Source of the DNA: Podarcis liolepis
Lineage: Eukaryota
Assembly (NCBI GenBank): GCA_965112155.1
Contig: OZ218099.1
Direction: 5' to 3' (one strand)
Length of the DNA stretch: 64,000 nt
Under the pieces are notes generated by a model. It made no database searches. It was given only the letters and a program-made list of their open reading frames with translations, and was not told the DNA's origin. This document shows positions 50,322 through 64,000 of the stretch, in pieces. Made by a program: the position numbers and the translations under genes. The first letter of the stretch is position 1; every line of letters starts with the position of its first letter.

Positions 50322-52183
50322 CTGATGAAGTGGAAAGAGACACAGAATATTCAGAATGAAAGGAACCAAGAAGATGGAAATAAACTCTCAGATGAATTGT
50401 AGATATACACTGTGCTGTGCAGAAAGAAAATAAAAAGTAGGCTGGAGATTATGCTAAAAGGTCTCATCCAATCCCTGGTGACAAGAGTATGCAAACACAC
50501 CCCACTAGAGAGGCAGAGTGCACAGGGGTTCCACCTGTTGAACACTGCAGCAATTGTATACACTGCCTTGAAGCAGAACTTTGAAAACAGCCAGCCTTGG
50601 CAATATGGCAAGACCAGCCCCAAATCAGACTGCCTGGGAAGAGCTTGTGATGAGTTCTGAAGGTCAGAAGCTTAGTCTGGTATATTCCTAGGCATACTAA
50701 AGCTTATCTTCAAGATTTATCATTGGGTTAGACACACCTTCAACATAGCTTTACGAATCCTTAACTCTACTTCAGAGCAAACATAACGGCAGCAGAAAAT
50801 TGGGAGCAGCAATGTACAGTATTGCCTTAATGATTCATGGCCTATTCACACAACCCTCTCCTTTAGCTGATGCTCCCATTTTCAGTCAGTCCATGCCTGC
50901 TTCTCAGCCACATGTACACCATCAACATTCACTGAATTCAACCCAGGTAAGCATATGGCACACTGCTGCTGATGTAGCAAGAGCATGAACAGAACCACCT
51001 CGCTACACTTGACTGGAAGTCAACACAGGCTCAACATAGCAGGAGGCCCAGGCTGAACGGATCAGAAGGACGATCTTTCGCAAGATCTGCTTTGACCCGT
51101 ACAGTTTTGTGAGACCCCCGACATATTGTTGAAATTCTGCTTTGTTAGCCTACTCAGGCAAAAGAAAAGAAAAAAACAGAAGGATCAAAGCAGCAGCGAA
51201 GGAAGTGTAACCTCTAACAGAACTAGTCCGATATCAATTAAGACAACTGGGGCAGTCTCAATGCTGCCTTTGTTGTTTGGTACTAATCTTGAGGATAATA
51301 CGCAGCTACTGAATGTGCACAGAGGAATCCATCACAGCACCAAACCTTTACTCAATATTTAATGTTGTCGCTCCCTCCTGGGTACGCAAACTGCAGTTTT
51401 TACAATTCATTTATCAAGATCTGCCAGATGCTAATTCTGTTTAATGCTAGCATAACTGCCAGCACGCATTTATTTGTTCTGCTTTTAGGACTTGTGCGTC
51501 ACAAAAGGGGTGCTCCTCTTCTGTTATTCAATTACAATTTTCAGAACTAAAAGACTGAAGCAGTAAGTGAGGAGTGGCTTGACGATCAGGACTACTGAAA
51601 TCCCTGGTAAAGCCTATGTGGTTGAGAGAGCAGGCATTCTCTGACCTGAGAGGTGGTGTTCAGGCTGCTTTGGAAGGGGGTGCACTTTCCCTAAGGATTC
51701 AGGTGTTAATTTTGAGGGTGCTTTTAGATCTGACCTTCCCATTGGCGGCTGAAGTGGCATTCAAGACACAAAGTACCCGTAGCCAGCTATAGCCATGTCA
51801 AACAGAGGGAGAGGGGCTACAGTTCTTTACACTCCTGAAATGTTAATGCAATGTGCTGCAATGAGGCTGCCCTCGAAGACCGCTCAAAAACTAGTGGGCT
51901 GGTTCACATGTCACTTTCAAAGCATGGTCAAGCTCAACCACGGTTTAAAGGTGAGCATGCAGCATGGTGGTGCAAAGACTGAAAATCACAACCATTCCAC
52001 TTCTCCTTCGGTCCTACTGCACCTGTACTGTTGGGAGCTAAGCCCTGGCTGGGTTTGTTTTCCCCCATATAAACCACAAGCAATAAGCCAAGAACAAACT
52101 TCATTCACAGCTTGTGCTATGAATGGTTTGAAGACAAACCTAATGCAGTAGCCAAGATGGTGCCCTACAGATGCTTTGGACTA

Positions 52184-52419
52184 CAGTGGTACCTCAGGTT
52201 AAGTACTTAATTCGTTCCGGAGGTCCATATTTAACCTGAAACTGTTCTTAACCTGAAGCACCACTTTAGCTAATGGGGTCTCCTGCTGCACCGCCGGAGC
52301 ACGATTTCTGTTCTCATCCTGAAGCAAAGTTCTTAACCTGAAGCACTATTTCTGGGTTAGCGGAGTCTGTAACCTGAAGCATATGTAACCTGAAGTGTAT
52401 GTAACCCGAGGTACCACTG
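52184..52419. mobile_element. Tigger/pogo-like MITE (CAGTGGTACCTC family)
   Basis: TIRs, TA TSD. Confidence 0.9.
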
Positions 52420-53399
52420 TATAGCTCCTAACAACTATCTAGACTGGCCAATGGTCAGGGATTATGGGAACTACAGCCCACAACACAGAGCGCATCAATG
52501 AACAAAATTATTCAGCATTCCTACTCATATTCAGTTTCTGTTTTAACACCTATATCTTTTAAACATATCCTGTCGTCAAGCTAGGTGCTACACTGTTCTG
52601 TATGTGTGTATCTCATTCTTCCTACCTAGATGTGGAACTTTGCATTCATTTCTTCTGAAATTCTTGTTTTTGGTTGGTCCAGTTGCCTGTCCTATCAAGA
52701 CCTCAAATCCCTCAGCATGCTGATAAAGACCTTTGCAGGCTAGTAATGCCTGTGGGCTTACTTATGAAAAGGATGGAGCCAGTTAACTCATTCACCCAAA
52801 TACAGGGATTACCTGCATATAGGAGAGCAAAATCTACATTTGAGATGCTACAGGTATTCAAAACCAATTGGGAGTGGGGAATACATTTTGCTATTGTTAA
52901 ACAGTTTGGGGTCAGAAACTCACCTGTCATACTCTTAATCATTCTGCAATCTGCTTGTAGATCTCCATCTGCTTTCTGCCTACCCTGGGTTTATAGTGAA
53001 AGAACTTAAGAACAGCAGTTGTATCTGGCCAGTAGCCAATCTATTCCAAAATCCTGCACTCATCCTGCTCCCTGCCCTGCCCCTCCCAGACCTTTTCCCA
53101 CCTGGCCTGGGAGGGCAGGACCCTGACTGACTCTAGCTGCAAAAGCTGAGGCTGCTGGACAGACTCTTGGCTGGGGTATCATTTAGGGGGTATTGTTGTG
53201 GGGTGTTGCTGGTATTGGGGGGTTTTTTTGGTATATTTAATCTAGATCTTATGATTTATTCAGAAATGGTTCAATGTGTACTTATTGATGTTTGCTTGTT
53301 TATGACTACTTTTATTATGTTGGTAATTATGCTAGCCACCTTGAGCATGGCTATAACTTTGGAAAGTTAGCATACAAATAAAATGATTGACTGCTTGAT

Positions 53400-54200
53400 A
53401 GTGGTCAACCAGATAGATGCCCATGAGAAACGCACAAGTAGGACCTGAGCAGAACAGCGCTCTTCTGACCTGCAGTTTCTAGCACACTGCCTAGGCAGAT
53501 GATAGCCCTGATTGGTACTGATAGCTTTATCCACCATGAATTTGTCTAATCCTCTTTCAAAGCCATGCAATTGCTACTCATGATGCCCCTTGTGGGAGCA
53601 AATTCCACTCAAATGATGAGCTGTGTGAATAAGTACTTCCTTTTTTTCTGCCCTGAATCTTCCAACATTCAACTTCACTGGATGCCTGTAAGTTCTAGCA
53701 CATTGAGAAAACATTTCTCTATTCACTCCTCCATGCATAATTTTAGGAACATTATCACGTTGCGTCCTATGGGGCGAATGCAGGTTCCCGGTGGCCGCGC
53801 AGAGCTGCCTGCAGTCCCGGGCTCAGCGCAGCTCTGCGCAGCCATCGGGAGCCGGCCACCAAGTCCCGCCTGGCTCCAGATGGCTGCGCAGAGGTGCCTG
53901 CAGTCCCAGGCTCAGCGCACTTCTCCCCATCGCCAGCCCCACAAGCTCGGGGGACAGCGGGGAGGCGGAGCGCGCCTTCCCGCTGTTCCCCGACCTGGTT
54001 CTTCCAGCCCCGCACCTGGGGGGGAAATAAAATTTTTTTTCTTTATTTCCCCCCCAAAAAACTAGGTGCGTCCTATGGGCCGGTGCGTCTTATGGGGCGC
54101 AAAATACGATATGTGAAATCAAGTTTTTTTGGCCTCTACATGCATCACTTTACACTTGTTTACATTGAACTGCACTTGCCATTTTACTGCCCATTCACAA
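53400..54200 (-). mobile_element. Degraded CR1-like fragments with an inserted Tc2-like MITE remnant (53760-54109)
   Basis: FERGLDKFM..KAI CR1 3' peptide on minus; the MITE remnant ends ...GGGGCGCAAAATACGATA. Confidence 0.55.
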
Positions 54201-55294
54201 TTTATCTAGCTTCTGTATCTTGCCTCCATGCCCAAAATTCAAAGTCCTCCAAGGCAGTAAAAATGTAACATCTATCTCTCAAAGTCCATTCACAAACTAA
54301 TCAATATGCCGATCTCTTGTTTGACTTTAATAGATACTGCACTGACCCTTGATGCAAGTTGTTGTGCATAGGATCTGCTATTGTTGGGGAATGTTTTCAT
54401 GAAACATGCTTTTTCATGACTCTGGATTCTCTTTCCTTTGTTAAGAAATGGTTGAAAAAAGCAGCCAAGACAGTTATCGGTTAACTGCTCATCTTTAGGT
54501 GCTTAAGATCTCAGCTTGCCTGCTAACAATGACACAGCAGTCTTTGTTTTCATAAGCAGCAGCTTGCAATTACAGAACTTGAGTAGCAAGTATGCATTCA
54601 CAGTATGATCAAGCCACTGAAAGCAGAAGAGGTTTGCCCTTTATGATTGTTGTTTTTTCTTAAGCTCATGGCACGCTGAAGCTCTTCCTTTTGAGTGGAT
54701 GTGATCAATTCCATAGACCAGGGGGTGGGCAGAAGGTAGATCATAATCTATTTGGAAACTGAGGGAATTTTGAAATGTATCAGCCAGGATTTTGGCACCT
54801 TGTTTAGCACAATAACCCCCCCCCATGCCACTAAAATGAAGAAAGCTGGCAGAGGGGGAGAACAAAGACTTGTGTGCAAAAGGGCTGTGAGCTCCTGGGC
54901 CTAGAATTCTTTAATTCTATCTCTTTTGCACATGCCTCCAGTTAGTGGCTCTCTCGGGATTCCAGTAAAAAATGAGGCAGATCCTGAAAGTGTGAACTCT
55001 GCCCATTGCTGCCATAGACTCAAAACCTTAACTGTTCACAGCTTCCTTTCACAAAGAGTCTAAGGCATGTATGTAGCCATTACAAGTCATTTTATTCAAG
55101 GCTATTGTTCTAAACCACTCTTTTTCATACCACACCAAAACTAGTTTGTTAAATAGCTGCAATCCTGGAAACACCTCGCAGACCATAGCATTATTTGGCC
55201 CTAACTTTCTTGGGGAAACTTCTGTAGTTTCAGTGCCCACACCTTGAAAGATAACCAAGTGTTAATAACATTGTGTGCATATAGGGAGAGAGTG

Positions 55295-55298
<4 letters not shown>

Positions 55299-55331
<33 letters not shown>
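55299..55331. repeat. (CA)n microsatellite
   Basis: Direct reading. Confidence 0.95.
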
Positions 55332-55333
<2 letters not shown>

Positions 55334-58300
55334 TGCTCAATAGCAACTGTCCAACATTGTAAAAATCCAACCAGTTTGCCAAGTTCTCTACTAAAGTTAA
55401 ACCCAACCCTGCACCTTCTCTCAAAACAATGCCAACAAGAAGATATACTTAGTGGAAAGGCAAGCTATTCACTTCTAATTTAATATGACAGAAAATGGGC
55501 TTCATAATCAGTGAACCCCAACATATCCTGATTTAGAAACATCTTAAGCATGCATATTGTAATCCATGCTTCTGTAAGCACGACCATGGATACAGTCACA
55601 GATGATATGCCATCCACCTGCCACGTCAATAGTGGAAGTTACATAATAAGCCCATTATCAGTGACAGTTTATACTGACCTTTCCATGCAACTCCCCAAAG
55701 TACAGATCACAAGGGTCAAACTAGATGCGATGCTGGCATGCACAATATTTCTTTCCATATATTCACTCCACTCACCTACGAAATAGGAGGTTAGCTGGAT
55801 CTTCTTTTAGAATGAATGGAGAGGAGAGGGATGCTGAACACTTCCTTGGAAAAGTAGTTCAACAGGCATGGGGAGAGGTAAGGCATGGGAAGAGGAAAAG
55901 TTCAGTGTCCCTGGTCCTATGCTCACTTACTGTAAGTAAGGCTGCTTTCCAGCTTTATATGCAAATGAGGCTGATATATGACTTATAGCGTCACCTGGTT
56001 TAGCTTGGTTTCCTCACTTTAAACTAGTGTTCTGCTACCAAATCACTAAGTTTCCCCACATTTCAGACAATGTGATGACCCTCCACTCTAGTAACTCATC
56101 CACTTCCACATGTGACACAACTCCTTGGCACTAAAGCACTTCAGAACCTTGCCATACTTTCTCTTACAAGGCAGTAAGTTTTTAACAAATAACCTTCCTC
56201 CAACTTTACCACTCCTGCACACTTTAATGACCCCACCTCTTCTCCCTTGCTGCCCTTGTCTAGAAGACGGGTGACAAAGCAGTGAATCAGGCCAGCCAAG
56301 CTGCTTTAAATGACTTGCCAGCCCAACTTCCTCCCCACCATTGCACTGGGAGGCATCAAACTCAGATGGTGGCTTGGGGGGGAACACTCTCTCTGAACAG
56401 TAGAAAAGATAACTCTCCTCCCCATCACAGTGCTAGGCTGAGCAAAGAAGAAACTTCTCCTTTCAGCCTAGTGCTGTGATGAGAATGAATGTAGAAGTTT
56501 GGTTTTTTGACCAAGAGCAGACCATGTGCTTGCATATAGCAAGCTATATGAGTGATGAGCACTGGCGTGCATGAGCGTAGCCAAGTCCAAGTGAAAGAGT
56601 GGTGAACATTGTGGAGGAGACAGGTGAGGAACAACCACCCTCCTTCTGAAGGTGGAAAACGCAGGAGGGTTAAGACCCTGCTGTTTTACAAAGAATATGC
56701 CAGTAAGGAACGAAAATAGACCAAGGAGAACTTGCAACTAACCTGCACGATAACTTAGCTCTACATATCAGCACCAAAAGCTTTCCTAAAATATCTCTGA
56801 GCACATCAAAAACTTTTTGTTTCTGAATTTCTTTTCCTTGTTAAAAAGGTGATCCACTCATCAGATGTTTATACTTGAAAACCTCTCATTATGGTATCAA
56901 CAGCACAAGTCTATCAATGCAGCATAATCCACCACATTATGAACAGCAGCTTCTAGAAAACGATGAAACATGACATCTTCAACAAGAAAATTATGCACAT
57001 TTGGCAGTACTGCAAAACTAACATACTTCTGTAAATTATTCATTGGGATTTCTACTTGTCATTGGAGCTGCACTTCAAGCACAGACAGGTGTTTATTAGG
57101 AGATTAAGGGGGGGTGAACAGATTATTATCGTGTTCAGTTATATCACGGCTGACAATGCTCTACAGAATTTTACAAGCAAAAAGCAGACACGTCCCTGCC
57201 TCTAGTGAATTCACTATTGCACGAAGCTGTGTGTATTTTCAATAGATCTCTTTGATGGCCTAGCTATACAAAAAAACAGGATATAGTATGAAGAAATTCT
57301 GTGCAATGCTGGCACTGCAGTTCTCAAATTGTCACAGTGACCCTTTTTACTGCAAGGCTGTTGGCCAGTTTATAATGAGCCCTTTCTCTATACTGTGTAA
57401 CTTCAGGCTGCAGCCACATTCCCCACAATAAAATAAAACAAATAAAAAAACCCTAAAAGGTAAGGAAGGAAGCTAGGTTCTACATTCTTTCCTAGTTTTC
57501 CATGTACAGAGTTAGCAGGCATGGGGGAGAAAATTCAAACATGATCACCATCTGTTGCCTGAATTGGTACAGATGAGGAAAATCTTACAGTTCTAGCATT
57601 GTCCTGGTTAAAGCGGCCAGGATGGTGGGCAAACTGAACTTTCATTTTCCTTCATACTTGGCAATCACAGACCTAGTGATCTTCTACCGTAAAGGCCAGC
57701 TTTCTACTTGGAGAACCACTGTCTTGGGATAAATCTTACAATCACCAGAATTAGTTGAGCAGAGCCAAACATAAAAGGTGCTTTGAAAACATTTCTAACT
57801 GCACTATAAGGGCAACTTTACAGTCTGTATAAAAGACTGCTCTATGGACATGCAAAAAGAGATGTAGCATTGTGAGGTGGATATTCACATCTGTACATGC
57901 AGACACAGTCAACCATGGCTCCAAAGCTCATGTCTGTTGCATGGTCCTGTGTGTTTAAATACCTTCAAATGTTAAGGTGTCCATCACACACTAACACAGA
58001 CAGTGCATACTTGAAACACATCTGTCACGCTTAGCATTAAGTGGCACTTAGCTTCCAAGATAACACTTCCAATAATACAGAGCAAGTTGACTGGGTGAAT
58101 AAAACACTCTTTGCTTTCCTGGAGATGCCAGGAAATACTTTTAGGGCACCTCTAATTACTCATCCTGTTATTACCTTCCAATTCTATTTAAGAGCAGCTG
58201 CCCTCCAATTTACAGGCAACAGCAAGTCACACCTAGTAATTTAAACCCAAGAGCACAGTGAAATCTTGCTGCTTTTATAAGTGAAAACTTAACAAAATAG

Positions 58301-60138
58301 ACCATTAGGGTAATTTTTAAATTACAGGAGAGAAACTGTCCTCTCAAGTCATTCCCAGCTGCACTGAAGAAGCAACAGCAAGAAATTCAAGCACCTTCTT
58401 AAGTTCAGCCAATCTAGTCCTATCTGAAAATACAGCATTAGATAAATTAAAAACTGCATTAAAAAACCAGTAATCATCTTCAATTTTGGAAATTTGTAAA
58501 CTAGTAATAATGTCAATATTTGACATACAAAGATTATTCCATCTTTTAAGTAACTAGGGAGGAGGTAGAATGCTAATTTATAATTCTAAAAAAGAAACGA
58601 CAACACACACAGTGGATTAAGAAAAACAGGTCTCTATAGCAATAGTTATATTAAAATACATTTTTCTAAATCCCCTAATGTAGCTAATCTATTGATATCT
58701 ATCAATTTTGTACCACAAGTCCACAAATGCAGTTACCTGTAACATATAAGAAATAGTATGTCTTTTAATCAACTCCAACTCTCAAGAACCATTGCATATG
58801 CTAAGAAATAAGTGGAAACATCACAAGCACCCACAACGTATACCATTATACATAGGAGCAACTATTTTTTCATAGATGTCATAAGAAGCCGAGACCAGCT
58901 GTTGCTCACTACAATGTAAGTGTGAGTAAATGCCTCTCAAGAAGAATTCCCCCCTCCCCCCAGTAATACATGGTCACGCATGATACACTCAACCATAGTG
59001 TACTCATTCACTTTGAGATGCACAAAGTAGCTTGCAAATTCACTTTGAGCTGTCCAAAGTTAGGACATCATCTGCTTCTCTACTATCAGCTCAAAAGAAA
59101 CAGCTGGGTCATGCAGGGATATTGGCATTTCAGTTTCTGAAATTTACAGCCTCTATTGCTAATGCTTCTGACAATGGTGAATTAGCAGAACGAATCTTAA
59201 AAATATTTACTTGTACTGTTACCATCAAGGAGCATTGCTCAAATGCCTACCAGTGCTTTTCCATGGAAATTATAACTAGTTATAATGGGAAGACATTAAA
59301 TTTATGACTAATGTCTTCCGCACTGGCATTAGTTAGAATCATTCTGTAATAAGCCAGAGAAAAATCATGCATCTGAGCTAAAAGAAACCATAATTCAAAT
59401 GCACATATATATTCTGCTAGAAGAGAAGTATTACGTTAGGGTGCAAGAATTATGAGCCGAAACTTTCCTTGGGTACTTAGAAAAAAACACAACATTTTCA
59501 CAATGTCTGAACATCAATGGTGATGGTGGAATAACATGGTTCCCGAGCTGCATTTTGAAAAGGTTGGTTCCTATTGCAAATAATTAAAAAGTCAGGGTTT
59601 GCTCTAAATACTGAATGGGAAATATAGGAGCTTTCAATTTTGACAATTACTTTGATTTAAAACCCCCCAGTAACATTCCTTTCTAGCAGCTGTATAAACA
59701 AAATTAAAGATACACCCTTCCCATAGACATACAGTCTCATGTACATAGGAAGATAGGGGAGAAGGGGTACAACAGGAAAAGAAATGGAGAATTAATAGGT
59801 AAGGGCCCAAAAGCCAAAATGTCTTCCAAATTCTGTTTAACAACCAAAGTGAGTTTGTAACCGCAAAGATCACACTGATACAGTTGTAGCTACACGACTT
59901 TAAGTAGTGATAAAATTATGAGCTCAATTTAGGAAACCAGGAGATAAATGATGGAAACAGAATATACAAGCTGTAGATACATCTACATTTAAAAAAACGC
60001 TGATCTTTCAACAGCAGCTTCCCTGGGAGAACAAGCCAGCTTTTGAAATTTGTGTGCAAGTGGGACTCCTGATGCACACTATGGGAGTTGTTGCTGAGAG
60101 GTAACAGAAAATCCAACTGCAAGCCCAAGTGTTTTATG

Positions 60139-60218
60139 TACAGAGGATCAGTAGATTGAGACCATAATTTTATCAAAATAGTGATAAAATTATGGTCTCA
60201 ATCTACTGATCCTCTGTA
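60139..60218. repeat. Perfect inverted repeat (37-bp arms, 6-nt loop)
   Basis: TACAGAGGATCAGTAGATTGAGACCATAATTTTATCA-aaatag-TGATAAAATTATGGTCTCAATCTACTGATCCTCTGTA. Confidence 0.97.
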
Positions 60219-62506
60219 GTTACAACCGAATGTGCCCATTATTGTGATCCTTGCAGTTGTTTACTTTTGTAACTTGCTCATTCTTTCAAACTGGGAATTC
60301 AAAATCAAGGGTAACTAAGCCAGAAGTACCAGAAAGGAGTTTAACACATGTTAGCTACTGCTGGTAAAATAATGGGATGCAATCAGGTAAGACACATTTT
60401 GACAAGATAGTAAACATGCTTAGAGTGGTTCTTTAATAACTTCTTTAAAGTACATGGTGAATAACAATCAAAGGATTTATAAAGAACTGAAGAGGATATT
60501 TTGATCAGCCCAAACACTGAGGTCCTCCTCAGAGGGTCTTCTGCTGGTTCCCTCCCTGTGAGAAATGAAGCTACAGGGAACCAGACAGAGGGTCTTCTCG
60601 GTAGTGGTGCCCTCCCTGTGGAATGCCCTCCCTTGATAAAAGTACCTCCTGTAAAGCCACTTTCCAGATTAAGATGTTAAATAGATCAACTACTTTCTGG
60701 GGTTCAGTCCCCACAGAGATCATCTGTACTCTTGCAGATCATCTGTACAGATGGAAACTAAATTAATACTTTTTAAATGTAAGCTCCAGACGCTTTTCTA
60801 CCCACACCTGTTCAATTTGACTCGGTGTCTACTGTTCCAACAGTTGGAAATGCAACAGAAAGTATGAGCACTATTTCTCACAGGCTGTTTGATTTCTGGC
60901 TTTTAATCTATTAAGCACATCCTATTTTTCAAGAAGCAGATATATAATACTCTTTAGTTAAAAGTACAGAAGTCTCTCTTTTGCTTTGGCCAATCAAGAG
61001 TTCACCATGTGAACTCTGTTTTGAACAAGTTAACAAAGGACTCAAATTGGACAGAGGGATCAGTAGCTTTTCTGCGCAGCTGCCAGGCCCTCTACTGGTG
61101 ACAAAGCCTTGTGGATTTATATCTTGCTCTTTCACCAATGAAGTCAGCACAGCTTACGTTAGTTATTTCTATTCTTATACCCTCTGCAGATATGCTAAAA
61201 TACTTAGGGCTAAGAGACAGTGACTTGCGAACTATGCTATCAAGCAGGCGCTAGGGCTGAGATGGGATCTGAGCCAAGGTTTTTCCTATCCAAGCCCAGA
61301 ACACTATCCAATATACTGTAATCTAATGCTATGAAAGGTTTTGAGCCCCTCTTTCAATAGTGGCTTATCAGATTCCAATTAAGTTCCCCCAAAAAGACAC
61401 AGAATTCAACATCACGCTAAAATGATCATTCCGTCAGTGCAAGCATTTCAGCTTGCCAGACGGAACAATCTCCCCTCGCCTCCTCCTGTGTGCTGTTCTG
61501 GGGGTTCTCCCAGTCCCCCTGAGCTGATGGGGGGTCCTCGGGGGCACCTGAGGGCATGAGAGGGTGGAATTCCCTTTGCGCTAGTGGGACTAGCACAAAA
61601 TCCAGAGAATTTCTATTTGAAAGGTCAGCTGCTAGAATTTTGTAAGCCAAGCAACCTCACTTACAACTGATCTCAGTCTGAAAGCAGTGGGATCAATTTA
61701 GGGGTGGAACATCAAAGTAACCTGAAGACTACTTATTGAAGTTCTTATTTAACATAATTTTAATTGGATTTGTTGCCAACTCCTCTGTACCAGTTATTTT
61801 AGGTTTTACCACAAAATATTACAGTATCTTATTCATTTTATTGAAGAGGTAGATGAACACCCACGTTTCAGACATTAGAGGCAGAAGATGCAACTAAATA
61901 TACTTGAATTTTTTTGAGAGAGACAGACCCAATGTATTGCCCATATCTAGACAAAACACTAAACCAGCCTTCTCCAACTTAGTTCCCTCCAGATTATTGG
62001 TACTATAACTCCCTCCAGATCCAGCCATTATAGGCTTCCTGGCTAGAGCTGATGGGAATTTAAGTCCAAAACATCTGGAGGGCACCAGGGGTGGGTAGGT
62101 GTATGCCTGCCTGCCTGCCTGCCTGCCTGCTGGGACTCAAGGAGACTTGCAGGTAAAAATAAGAACTGCTAAAAACATAGAAAAAACAATTGAACATCAA
62201 CAGGACTAAAACTACATACATACATAAAATCTATTAAAACCATACCAATAATTACAATAAAAATACCACAGCATCAGAGCTTTCAAAAAAAGCAGTGAAC
62301 TCCCATAAGCCTGTTGGAACAAGGAAGCCTACCCTTGCTGGCAGAAGGGCAACAAGGAGGGAGCCAGTATAGTTTTTATAGGAAGGGATTTCCAAAGTCT
62401 GGGAGCAGCCACTGAAAAGGCCCTCTCCCGTGTGCCTACCAAGCATGCCTGTGAGGGTGGCGGGAATGAGAGAACAGCTGGGGAAGACTGCTCTGAACTA
62501 CTAAGT

Positions 62507-62838
62507 CAGGGGTCTGCAACCCGCAGCTCCAGAGCCGCATGTGGCTCTTTTACACCTTTGCCGCGGCTCCGGGGCGGATCCTAGTGAGGGGAGGAGGCGC
62601 ATTGTGCGCCCCGACACTCCCCACTGTGGCGGGCGCTGTACTGGCTGTGACGTCGCATGGGGGCGGTGCGTGCGTTAGTCACGCACCGTCCCGACGTCAC
62701 CTTCCCGTCCGCTGTCAGATCGGAGGGCAGCGGCGCACATGCTTTAAATGTCGGAATGGTTTTGCGGCTCCCAGTTGTTGTTTTTCTTCGGAAACGGGTC
62801 CAAGTGGCTCTTTTTGTCTTAAAGGTTGCAGACCCCTG
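62507..62838. mobile_element. hAT-Charlie-like MITE (TIR CAGGGGTCTGCAACC)
   Basis: Perfect 8-bp TSD TACTAAGT; CpG-rich, probably young. Confidence 0.93.
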
Positions 62839-63464
62839 TACTAAGTCATACTCAGCATAGATCCACTAAAATCAAGTGGACTGATTTTAGTAAATCTATT
62901 GATTTCAAAGGGTTTACTCCAAATACAACTTAGCTAAATTTTAAGAGCTGTAGCTTGAGGAGTTCTGTAATGTCAGGTTTTCACCAAACTAGGTCCAGAA
63001 AAATGGATTTTCTTTGTATCTCTTCAGTGAAGATGCAATATTATTTTCAACAATATTAAACTAGGCTTCTTTTCCACTGAAAACTGGCAGTTAAATCACT
63101 CTGCTTTTATGACTTCATTTAAAAATATTTAGTTCTTGTGCAATGAGAAAGGAAAAAGAAACCAGATGTTTCAACTACTAAACACTACACAGAGATACAG
63201 TTCTCAGCTGTTTTATGCCTGGGCAAAGATTACACAGGATTTATTGTCACTGCCACATGTGTTTTCCTTACTGCAGCTTCCCAGTTCATATACAGATGGT
63301 GAAATAAAGGCATGAGAAATTGCAGTAATAAAATAAAGGTGGGCAAAATTATATGCACTACATGACAGTGGCCGCTGTTTGGAAAGTGTGCAATGTTTGA
63401 AGCCAGACTGAATCTTCGCTGATCCACACTAGCTAAGCTGGATTGATTCAGGCAGTCATAGCTC

Positions 63465-63635
63465 CAGTGCTTTTCCCCCTAGGGGTATGCAGGGGTACAC
63501 ATACCCCTAAACATTTTGTGAATCTTTGTACTTTTGTCCATTTACTGTATTTTCCCCGATTTGAATGATAAAATGATTTTCTTGAGTCAAAATGAGAGTA
63601 GCACTCCTAAACATTTTTTAAAGAAAAATGCACTG
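63465..63635. mobile_element. hAT MITE (TIR CAGTGC(T/A)TTTT)
   Basis: 8-bp TSD CATAGCTC/CATAGCCC; sibling at 15420-15801. Confidence 0.85.
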
Positions 63636-63679
63636 CATAGCCCTATACATAATACCATTGCTTCAGATACAAAGATGTA

Positions 63680-63938
63680 CCGTATTTTTTGCTCTATAAG
63701 ACTCACTTTTTCCCTCCTAAAAAGTAACGGGAAATGTGTGTGCGTCTTATGGAGCGAATGCAGGCTGTGCAGCTATCCCAGAAGCCAGAACAGCAAGAGG
63801 GATCGCTACTTTCGCTGCGCAGTGATCCCTCTTGTTGTTCTGGCTTCTGAGATTCAGAATATTTTTTTTCTTGTTTTCCTCCTCCAAAAACTAGGTGCGT
63901 CTTATGGTCTGGTGCGTCTTATAGGGCAAAAAATACGG
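63680..63938. mobile_element. Tc2/Kanga-like MITE
   Basis: TIRs; same body as the 18611 copy. Confidence 0.88.
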
Positions 63939-64000
63939 CATCTTTTCCCCTTTATTGTAAGAAAAGGAGGAAGCAGAATGAAACATTCTCATCAGTACTT

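Noticed and set aside
50322-64000. Search for the SPATS2 first coding exon (MSRKQNQK-like, ~25 nt)
   Set aside because: No matching ATG plus donor found by eye on the minus strand; presumably beyond the window end.

Overview
Vertebrate genomic DNA, almost certainly a lacertid lizard (Sauria/Squam1 SINEs, BovB, CR1, L1/L2 and abundant Tc1-mariner/hAT MITEs). Two spliced genes lie on the minus strand. At the left is the first coding exon and CpG-island promoter of an ELK-family voltage-gated K+ channel ([25 protein letters not shown]; KCNH3 by adjacency to SPATS2), with the rest of that gene outside the window. At the right are 11 coding exons of SPATS2 (50321 to stop at 33137, all GT-AG, phases consistent); its first coding exon was not found and is presumably beyond 64000. 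The ~30 kb between them is TE-rich and holds a ~3.8 kb 10-bp-period satellite (consensus ~NGAACCGGTT). This satellite reads as ~330 phased CP2/Grainyhead (CNRG-N6-CNRG / AACCGGTT) sites and is interrupted by a truncated ORF-bearing LTR. Other notable signals: a perfect 37-bp-stem hairpin in a SPATS2 intron, inverted MITEs flanking a frame-symmetric SPATS2 exon, a strong-Kozak uORF ending 1 nt before the KCNH3 ATG, a multi-level nested TE stack holding a locally duplicated segment, a divergent CTCF-like motif pair and a strong SINE strand bias. Most ORF-track entries are spurious or TE-derived.
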